A stretch of 10,977 nucleotides of DNA from Vulcanimicrobiota bacterium. Its GTDB lineage: Bacteria; Vulcanimicrobiota; Vulcanimicrobiia; Vulcanimicrobiales; Vulcanimicrobiaceae. The notes beneath the pieces were generated by a model. The model did no database searches and was not told the origin of the DNA. It saw only the letters and a program-made list of their open reading frames with translations. Positions 1 to 6,381 of the stretch are shown here, piece after piece; within the stretch, counting starts at the first letter, position 1; every line of letters starts with the position of its first letter. The translations under genes and the position numbers were made by a program. The stretch is from positions 1 through 10,977 of the forward strand of contig PKZK01000031.1 of NCBI GenBank assembly GCA_003133025.1. The letters are read 5' to 3'.

Positions 1-954
1 CGCGCCATGCACAAGTCGGCGGGCAACTATCTCGGCGCGGTCGACGCGATGAACACCTGGGGCGCCGACGTGTTGCGCCTCTGGACGGCATCGGTCGAAT
101 TCCAAGCCGACATGCGCGTGGGCAAGACCCTGCTCGAAGCGGTCGGCGGCGTGTACAAGAACTTGCGCTATCGCCTGCGCATGCTGCTCGGCCTCATCGA
201 CGATCTCACGCCCGAAGAACTCGTGCCGCGCGAGAAGATGGAGCCGCTGGATCAGTTGGCGCTGGCCAAACTCGACGACGTGGCGCACCGGATCGTCAAG
301 GCCTACGAAGAGTATCGCCTGCACGACGTCTACTTGGCGCTCGTGGCCTACGACGGCGAAGACCTCTCCGGCTTCTACATCGACGTGCTCAAGGATCCGA
401 TGTACTCGGGCGAACGCAACGGCGCGCGCCGGCGCAGCGCGCAGTCCGCGCGCTTCACCATCCTGCGCTCGCTGTGCGCGCTGCTCGCGCCGTTGCTCTC
501 GTTCACCGCCGAAGAGGCCTGGCAGGCCGTTCCGGAACGGCTGCGCGGCGATGCGCTCTCGGTCTTCGATCTCGACCTGCCGCGCGGCAGCGAGCGCGGA
601 ACCTTCGAAGCCGCCGAACTCGCGCGTTGGTCCACGCTCAAAGCCCTACGCGCAGAAGTCGCGGGCAGCGAAGGCGTGCGCGACTTCCAGTTGCAGGCGC
701 ACGTGCGCGCCTCCGAAGCGCAGGAGCCCGGCCTGCGCGCGCTCGGCGACAACCTGCGCGAAGCGCTGATCGTCTCGGCCGCGCACCTCGCCGCCGATCC
801 GTCGCTCGGCGCGAACGACCCGCCGCGCGTCACGCTCTCGGCGGCCGAAGGCGGCAAGTGTTCGCGCTGCTGGAAGACGTTGCCGCTGGGCGAAGATCCG
901 GTGCACCCGCTGCTCTGCGCGCCCTGCGCGCACATCGTGCGCGAACTGGCCTAG
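1..954 (+). CDS. ileS: Isoleucyl-tRNA synthetase, C-terminal part (5' truncated by window edge)
   Basis: Frame is open from base 1 (R-A-M-H-K-S-A-G-N, the KMSKS-equivalent motif). It continues with WGADVLRLW, an anticodon-binding region (LSGFYIDVLKDPMY; RRSAQ; LAPLLSFTAEEAW) and a C-terminal zinc finger KCSRCW...LCAPC typical of type 1 IleRS. The ATG at 7 is internal. Confidence 0.95.
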   Translation, partial: RAMHKSAGNYLGAVDAMNTWGADVLRLWTASVEFQADMRVGKTLLEAVGGVYKNLRYRLRMLLGLIDDLTPEELVPREKMEPLDQLALAKLDDVAHRIVKAYEEYRLHDVYLALVAYDGEDLSGFYIDVLKDPMYSGERNGARRRSAQSARFTILRSLCALLAPLLSFTAEEAWQAVPERLRGDALSVFDLDLPRGSERGTFEAAELARWSTLKALRAEVAGSEGVRDFQLQAHVRASEAQEPGLRALGDNLREALIVSAAHLAADPSLGANDPPRVTLSAAEGGKCSRCWKTLPLGEDPVHPLLCAPCAHIVRELA

Positions 955-968
955 CCGCCGATTTGCCG

Positions 969-1787
969 CTAGCCGTGGCCGAGGCTGGCTTGGCTATAGA
1001 TGCGATCGCGGCGGAAGGGCGAGGGTTCGCCGAAAGCCATGTGCGCCAGCGTGCGCGCGCAGTGGAAGCCGTGCGCTTCGAAGAGCCCGGCGGCGTGGGG
1101 ATTCGAAAGCGGCAGAAAGGCGCGATCGACGTGCGGGCGTTTGCGCAAGACCCGCGTGAGCAGCCGTTGCGCGGTGGCCGGATCCGCTGCCCCAAACGGC
1201 CCGAGGACCGGACCCCGGGCGAGCGCGTAACCGTCGTCTTCGGCGAGTACCAGGGCATACGGCGCGAGCGCAAACCCACGCAGTGCGTTGCTGCGGTCGC
1301 AACCGCTCACGAGCGCGTCGAGACGCAAGGCGCGGGCGAGTGCGCCGCTCGCGACGTCCGGACGTGAATCGCCCGCAGGCAGCGGTGCCGCGCGCGCATA
1401 CACGCGCGTGCGATCGATCTCGACGAAACCCAGGCTGCGATACAGCGCTTCCGCCTCGGCCGTGGCGTCGAGCAGCACGCTCGACACGCCGCGGGCTTCG
1501 AGTCGCCCGAGCAACGTCTGCATCAACTTTGTTGCAACGCCGTTGCGCCGGTGCGTGGGCGAGACGGCGAGCATCGCGACGTAGGCCGCGCGGCCGTAGA
1601 TGTTGGAGGTGACGACGCCCGCGGCATCCCCGTTGCGGCGTGCGATGAGCCACGCCTGCGGCGTGGCCTGCATGCCCGCACGCGAGCCTTGCGTGGCGCT
1701 CGCGCCATAGGCCAGCGCGAGCACGTGCATCGCGTCATCGACTTCCGTTGGTTCGAGCGTCCGCACCTCGAGCGACAGCGTCTCCAT
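969..1787 (-). CDS. GNAT-family N-acetyltransferase with a YitH-like second domain
   Basis: Acetyl-CoA binding motif A (LAVSPTHRRNGVATKLM) and motif B (ATAEAEALYRSLGF), plus a C-terminal GYALARGPVLGPFGA segment resembling YitH-type tandem GNATs. Start placed at ATG 1787 (AGGA about 10 nt upstream) because the longer ORF start at 1895 overlaps the divergent gene. Confidence 0.8.
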   Translation of the reverse strand: METLSLEVRTLEPTEVDDAMHVLALAYGASATQGSRAGMQATPQAWLIARRNGDAAGVVTSNIYGRAAYVAMLAVSPTHRRNGVATKLMQTLLGRLEARGVSSVLLDATAEAEALYRSLGFVEIDRTRVYARAAPLPAGDSRPDVASGALARALRLDALVSGCDRSNALRGFALAPYALVLAEDDGYALARGPVLGPFGAADPATAQRLLTRVLRKRPHVDRAFLPLSNPHAAGLFEAHGFHCARTLAHMAFGEPSPFRRDRIYSQASLGHG

Positions 1788-1832
1788 TACCCGTGCGGTC
1801 CTGTGCGCGGGAGCCCGGCACCTGCGGCGTCG

Positions 1833-1838
1833 TATGCT
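1833..1838 (+). promoter_or_regulatory. Putative -10 element (TATGCT) for a leaderless ilvA transcript
   Basis: TANNNT hexamer followed by exactly 7 nt and then ATG 1846, with no clear Shine-Dalgarno. No good -35 seen. Confidence 0.4.
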
Positions 1839-1845
1839 TGCCTGG

Positions 1846-3063
1846 ATGCGACTACCGGTCAGTTTCGAGGACGTCACCGCCGCTGCCGAGCGCATCGAGG
1901 CTTACGTCGTGCAGACGCCGGTGGCCGAGGCCGCTTCGCTCGAGGAGCGCACGGGCGCGCGCGTCTGGCTCAAGCTCGAGACGCGCCAGCGCACGGGCTC
2001 GTTCAAGGACCGCGGCGCGGCCAACCGGATGCTGCAGTTGAGCGCCGCGGAACGGGCCAAAGGCGTGATCGCCATGTCGGCCGGCAACCACGCGCAGGCG
2101 GTGGCCTACCAAGGCACGCGCCTCGGCGTGCCGACGACGATCGTGATGCCCGAAACCACGCCCTTCACGAAGGTTCGCCGCACCGAGCATTTCGGCGCCA
2201 GGATCGTGCTCTCGGGCGAGGGCCTGGCCGACGCCGGCGTGCGGGCGGGTGAGATCGCCGCAAACGAAGACCTGACCCTCGTGCATCCCTACGACGACGA
2301 GCGCATCGTCGCCGGACAGGGCACGACGGGTCTCGAGTTTCTGCGCGCCGTTCCGGAACTCGACGTGCTGCTCGTGCCGGTCGGCGGCGGCGGCTTGATC
2401 TCCGGCGTCGCGGTCGCCGCGAAGCACCTGAAGCCTTCGATCGAGATCGTGGGCGTGCAAACCGAGCAATATCCCACGCTCTATCGCATCTTGACGGGGC
2501 TCGAACCCGTCCACGGCGCGCTCACGATCGCGGAAGGCATCGCGGTGAAATCGATCGGTGAGATTCCGCTTGCGATCCTGCGCGAATACGTGGGCGAGGT
2601 AATCCTCGTTTCCGAAGAGTCGATCGAATTCGCGATCCATCTGCTGCTCGAAGACGAAAAGCTGCTCGCCGAAGGCGCGGGCGCGGCGGGCGTCGCCGCA
2701 CTGCTGCAGCACGCCGGACGCTTTCGCGGCCGCAACGTCGGCATCGTGCTCTGCGGCGGCAACATCGATACCGGCCTCTTGGCCAACGTGATCGTGCGGC
2801 ATCGCCTGCGCGAAGGGCGCGTGGTCCGCATGCGCGTGACGATCGACGACAAGCCCGGCGTGTTGGCCGAAGTCGCGCAAATCTTGGGCGATTCCGGCGC
2901 GAACATCCTCGACGTGGCGCACCAGCGCCTCTCGCTCGAGGTGCCCTCGAAAAAGGCCGAACTCGACGTCACCGTCGAGACGCGTTCGCCGAGCGACCTC
3001 GAACGCATCGTGGCGAAGTTACACGAAACCGGCTATTCCACGTCGATTCTGGAGACGCGTTAA
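1846..3063 (+). CDS. ilvA: Threonine ammonia-lyase (threonine dehydratase), form with a single C-terminal ACT domain
   Basis: PLP-lysine motif TGSFKDRGA, SAGNHAQAVA, HPYDD..IVAGQGT, PVGGGGLISG, GGNID and an ACT domain (DDKPGVLAEVAQILGDSGANILDV). Start could be ATG 1834 or 1846; 1846 is preferred. Confidence 0.9.
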   Translation: MRLPVSFEDVTAAAERIEAYVVQTPVAEAASLEERTGARVWLKLETRQRTGSFKDRGAANRMLQLSAAERAKGVIAMSAGNHAQAVAYQGTRLGVPTTIVMPETTPFTKVRRTEHFGARIVLSGEGLADAGVRAGEIAANEDLTLVHPYDDERIVAGQGTTGLEFLRAVPELDVLLVPVGGGGLISGVAVAAKHLKPSIEIVGVQTEQYPTLYRILTGLEPVHGALTIAEGIAVKSIGEIPLAILREYVGEVILVSEESIEFAIHLLLEDEKLLAEGAGAAGVAALLQHAGRFRGRNVGIVLCGGNIDTGLLANVIVRHRLREGRVVRMRVTIDDKPGVLAEVAQILGDSGANILDVAHQRLSLEVPSKKAELDVTVETRSPSDLERIVAKLHETGYSTSILETR

Positions 3064-3111
3064 GCGTAACTCGGGCAAGGTCGTCGGCCCGTTTGGTCCT
3101 AATTGAGCGCC

Positions 3112-5331
3112 ATGCCGATCTTGAGAACGTTTGCCGCCGTCGCTGCCGCGCTCGCGGTCGCCTGGCCCGCGCCTCCGCCCGCAGCGCCCGTCCGCCCGGT
3201 GACCAACGATTACTTCGGGAAAAAACTGGTCGACCCGTACCAGTACTTCGAGCATCTGAAATCGCCGGAGGTGCAGACGTACTTCCGCGAGCAGGCGAAC
3301 TACACCAACGCCGTTCTGTCGAAATTAGGGCCGGGCCGCGAGACGTTGCGGCGCGACATCGCCCGTTTGGCCGATGCCGGTGCGAGCGTCAACGTGGTGG
3401 CCAGCGTCGCCGGCACGATCTTCTACGTCGAGCGCCCCCCAAGCGCAAACGACGCGCGGCTCATGCTGCGCGGCGCCGACGGCAAGCCGCGTCTGTTGCT
3501 CGATCCCGACGCGTTCGGCAAAGCGACGGGTTCGAAGGCGCATCTCTCGATCTCGGGCGTGCTGCCCTCGCCCGACGGCCGGTACGTTGCCGTGGGCCTC
3601 GTGCCCGGCGGCGCGGAAACCGAGACGCACACGCGCATCCTCGATACTGCGACGGCGACGGTCTTGCCCGAGGATTTCCCGCGCACGTGGCAAGGCGCGA
3701 CGGCGTGGTCGGCCGACGGCAAGACGCTATTCTACAACCAGCTTCCGTTGCTCCAGCCCGGCGAGACGGAGAACGATCGAGAACTCCGTTCGCTCGTGTT
3801 TCGGCACACGTTGGGCGGCACGGGCGCCGATGTCGCGGTGTTCGGCATCGGTGTCGATCCGAACGTGCCGTTCGTGCCGACCGACTTTCCCGCCGTAACG
3901 ATTTCGCCCGCGGCACCGTACGCGTTCGGCGTGATCGCGCACGGCGTGCAGAACGAGCAGACGATTTACGTCGCTCCGGCTGCCGCAGTCGTGGCCGGCG
4001 GGCAGATTCCGTGGCGCAAGGTCGCCGATGTGGACGACGACGTCGTTTCCTTCGACGTCAAGGGCTCGACGCTCTACTTGCTTTCGCACAAGGGCGCTTC
4101 ACGCTATGCAGTGCTCGCGCTCGATCTCGAACAGAGCGGCGCGACCGCGGCCAATGCTGCCGTTGCCGTCCCGCATAGCGAAGTCGTGATCCAGCAGATT
4201 TCCGTTGCATCCGACGGACTCTACGTGCGCGGCATTCTCGGCGGCTTGGCAAGTCTGCGGAAGTTGCCGTTTGCGAGCCACGGGCCACCGGGCGCCGTCA
4301 CCTCGATCGCATTACCCTTCGCCGGAACGCTGCAGGCGTTCGTCACCGATCCGTTAGCTTCGGGCGCGGTCTTCGATCTGGTTTCCTGGACGAAACCGTC
4401 GCTGATTTACGCGCTCGCGGCCAACGGCGAGATCGCCAACACCGGCCTTCGCAAAGCGCCCGACATCGACACCTCGCGCTATGCGTCCATCGAGGTGAAG
4501 GCGCGCAGTGCCGACGGCACGCTCGTGCCCGTCTCGATCGTGATGCGCCGCGGCACCAAGCTCGACGGCAGCAATCCGGCCTATCTCGAAGCGTACGGTG
4601 CGTACGGGTTCGACATCGATCCATACTTTCTCGGCGCGAGTTTTGCGTGGCTCGATCAAGGCGGCATCTGGGCCGTCGCGCACGTTCGCGGCGGCGGTGA
4701 GTTCGGCGAAGCTTGGCACCAAGCCGGCAAGGGTCCGACCAAACAGCACACGATCGACGACGCGATCGCGGCCGCGCGCTACCTCATCGCCAACAAGTAC
4801 ACCACCTCCGCGCACCTCGCGATCGAGGGCACGAGCGCCGGCGGCATCATGGTCGGCGGCGCGATCACCCAGCACCCCGAACTGTTCGCCGGCGCGCTCG
4901 ACGTGGTGGGTTTGACCGACGAACTGCGCACCGAGGTCGCCGACCCCAACGGCGCCGCCAACGTGCCCGAGTTCGGCTCCTCGAAAACGCCCGACGGCTT
5001 CAAATCCGTCTACGCGATGGATGCGTACCAGCACATCGTCAACGGACGCAACTATCCGGCGGTCATGGCCGTCACCGGGATCAACGATCCCCGCGTCGCG
5101 CCCTGGCAGCCGGCGAAGTTCGTCGCGCGCCTGCAGGCAGCGTCGGCCTCGGGCCGGCCCGTCCTGTTACGCGTCGATTACGATGCGGGCCACGGGCTGC
5201 TCGCAGCGTCGCGCGCGCAAGAGGTCGCGCTCCTGACCGACGAGTTCAGCTTCTTGCTCTGGCAATGCGACAGCCCGCTCTTCGCAGGGATCCCCACGCA
5301 CATCGTGCCGGGCAAGTCCGGTGCGCGTTGA
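3112..5331 (+). CDS. Prolyl oligopeptidase family serine peptidase (S9A), likely secreted
   Basis: N-terminal signal-peptide-like sequence (MPILRTFAAVAAALAVAW), DPYQYFE N-terminal motif, beta-propeller region, YGAYG, HVRGGGEFGEAWH, catalytic Ser in GTSAGG, Asp in NDPRV and His in AGHG. ATG 3112 preferred over TTG 3103. Confidence 0.92.
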   Translation: MPILRTFAAVAAALAVAWPAPPPAAPVRPVTNDYFGKKLVDPYQYFEHLKSPEVQTYFREQANYTNAVLSKLGPGRETLRRDIARLADAGASVNVVASVAGTIFYVERPPSANDARLMLRGADGKPRLLLDPDAFGKATGSKAHLSISGVLPSPDGRYVAVGLVPGGAETETHTRILDTATATVLPEDFPRTWQGATAWSADGKTLFYNQLPLLQPGETENDRELRSLVFRHTLGGTGADVAVFGIGVDPNVPFVPTDFPAVTISPAAPYAFGVIAHGVQNEQTIYVAPAAAVVAGGQIPWRKVADVDDDVVSFDVKGSTLYLLSHKGASRYAVLALDLEQSGATAANAAVAVPHSEVVIQQISVASDGLYVRGILGGLASLRKLPFASHGPPGAVTSIALPFAGTLQAFVTDPLASGAVFDLVSWTKPSLIYALAANGEIANTGLRKAPDIDTSRYASIEVKARSADGTLVPVSIVMRRGTKLDGSNPAYLEAYGAYGFDIDPYFLGASFAWLDQGGIWAVAHVRGGGEFGEAWHQAGKGPTKQHTIDDAIAAARYLIANKYTTSAHLAIEGTSAGGIMVGGAITQHPELFAGALDVVGLTDELRTEVADPNGAANVPEFGSSKTPDGFKSVYAMDAYQHIVNGRNYPAVMAVTGINDPRVAPWQPAKFVARLQAASASGRPVLLRVDYDAGHGLLAASRAQEVALLTDEFSFLLWQCDSPLFAGIPTHIVPGKSGAR

Positions 5332-5333
5332 AC

Positions 5334-5363
5334 TTGACAGGCCTCACCCGACGGTGCTATGGT
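5334..5363 (+). promoter_or_regulatory. Sigma70-type promoter: -35 TTGACA (5334-5339), 18-nt spacer, extended -10 TGcTATGGT (5355-5363)
   Basis: Perfect consensus -35 in a very GC-rich context, TG extension and TANNNT hexamer. It lies immediately upstream of the leader ORF. Confidence 0.75.
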
Positions 5364-5371
5364 GCGCGCAG

Positions 5372-5440
5372 ATGTCGCTTCACGCCGCCGCCGCCTGGTA
5401 TTGGTACTTTACTCCGCATGAATCCATGCCGGTGAGGTAG
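5372..5440 (+). CDS. Attenuator leader peptide MSLHAAAAWYWYFTPHESMPVR (22 aa) with a Trp/Tyr/Phe codon cluster
   Basis: Hand translation: ATG TCG CTT CAC GCC GCC GCC GCC TGG TAT TGG TAC TTT ACT CCG CAT GAA TCC ATG CCG GTG AGG TAG. Five consecutive aromatic codons at 5396-5410 lie directly upstream of the first enzyme of aromatic amino acid synthesis. Confidence 0.85.
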   Translation: MSLHAAAAWYWYFTPHESMPVR

Positions 5441-5491
5441 ACGCGCGCGCGAATCCACGACTCGCAAGTTCGCAGAAGCCACCCTCACCGG
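5429..5491 (+). promoter_or_regulatory. Antiterminator helix (2:3): CCGGTGAGG 5429-5437 pairs with CCTCACCGG 5483-5491
   Basis: Perfect 9-bp reverse complement. The 3' arm covers the upper stem and loop of the terminator, so the two structures are mutually exclusive. Confidence 0.8.
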
Positions 5492-5511
5492 GGTGGTTTC
5501 TTCGTTTTCTT
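5474..5511 (+). terminator. Intrinsic terminator of the attenuator (3:4 helix)
   Basis: AGAAGCCACCCT (5474-5485) / loop CACC / GGGGTGGTTTCT (5490-5501) forms 12 bp including 2 G-U pairs, followed by the pyrimidine/U-rich tract TCGTTTTCTT. It lies upstream of the aroF RBS (GAGGA 5536-5540). Confidence 0.82.
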
Positions 5512-5544
5512 CCCCTTCGTACCAACCGTCCGCACGAGGATCAC

Positions 5545-6381
5545 ATGTCGACTCCGTCCATGCTCGCCCGAGGCCACCACAGCACGAACCGAACCGTCAC
5601 CGCCGGCTCCGCACGCTTCGGTGGCGGCGGCTTTACGCTCGTCGGCGGGCCATGCTCGATCGAGGACGAGGTCCAGATGGAGGCCGTCGCGAGCGCGGTC
5701 TCGGCGGCGGGCGGCGCGATGCTCCGCGGCGGCGCGTACAAACCACGCACCTCGCCGTACGATTTCCAGGGGCTGGGGGACGCCGCGCTGCCGCTGATCG
5801 CGGCGGCAGCGCGGCGTCATGGGTTACCGACGGTCGTCGAGGCGCTCTCGGAAACGCAGGTGCCGTTGGTCGCAAGCCGCGTCGACATGATCCAAATCGG
5901 CGCGCGCAACATGCAGAACGTGCCCTTGCTGCGCGCCGCTGCGAAGACGGGACTGCCGATCTTGCTCAAGCGCGGCCCGGCCGCGTCGCTCGACGAGCTG
6001 CTCGGCGCGGCCGAATACGTGTTGCTCGAAGGTAACGAGAACGTCGTGCTGTGCGAGCGCGGCATCCGCGGCTTCGATACGAACACGCGTAACGTGTGCG
6101 ACTTGGGCGGCGCGCTGCGTCTCAAGGAACTGACGCATTTGCCCGTGATCCTCGACCCCTCGCACGCGACCGGCCGCCGTTCGCTGGTCGAACCACTCGT
6201 GCTGGCGGCAGCCGCGGCCGGTCTCGACGGTGCGATCGTCGAGGTGCATCCGGATCCCGATCGCTCCAAGAGCGATGCCGCGCAGGCGATCGATCCCGCG
6301 ACGTTCGCGCGCATCGCCGCTCGCGTCCGCGCCGTGCGTGCGGCGCTCGCCGATGAGGAGGTCTACGCCGTAGCCGGCTGA
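5545..6381 (+). CDS. aroF: 3-deoxy-7-phosphoheptulonate (DAHP) synthase, type I-beta, catalytic barrel only
   Basis: Motifs GPCSIE, RGGAYKPRTSPYDFQGLG (KPRTS marks DAHP rather than KDO8P synthase, which has KANRS), QIGARNMQN, LLKRG, CERGIR, DPSHATG and EVHPDP..SD. RBS GAGGA at 5536-5540. Confidence 0.93.
   Translation: MSTPSMLARGHHSTNRTVTAGSARFGGGGFTLVGGPCSIEDEVQMEAVASAVSAAGGAMLRGGAYKPRTSPYDFQGLGDAALPLIAAAARRHGLPTVVEALSETQVPLVASRVDMIQIGARNMQNVPLLRAAAKTGLPILLKRGPAASLDELLGAAEYVLLEGNENVVLCERGIRGFDTNTRNVCDLGGALRLKELTHLPVILDPSHATGRRSLVEPLVLAAAAAGLDGAIVEVHPDPDRSKSDAAQAIDPATFARIAARVRAVRAALADEEVYAVAG

Noticed and set aside
948..975. Short inverted repeat (CTAGC...GCTAG) between the convergent ileS and GNAT stops as a bidirectional terminator
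   Set aside because: The stem is weak, arises largely from the two TAG stop codons and has no U-tract on either strand.
5372..5440. The 22-aa aromatic-rich ORF as a RiPP precursor processed by the adjacent prolyl oligopeptidase or GNAT
   Set aside because: No modification enzymes or transporter are nearby and the peptidase looks exported. The aromatic codons, overlapping antiterminator and downstream DAHP synthase are fully explained by attenuation.
5340..5520. T-box riboswitch upstream of aroF
   Set aside because: The leader is short and no T-box UGGNACC antiterminator motif sits next to the terminator. TGGTAC at 5402-5407 is part of the W-Y codons and is far from the terminator.
5545..6381. 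KDO8P synthase (kdsA) assignment
   Set aside because: The KPRTSPY motif and the aromatic leader peptide indicate DAHP synthase. KDO8P synthases carry KANRS.
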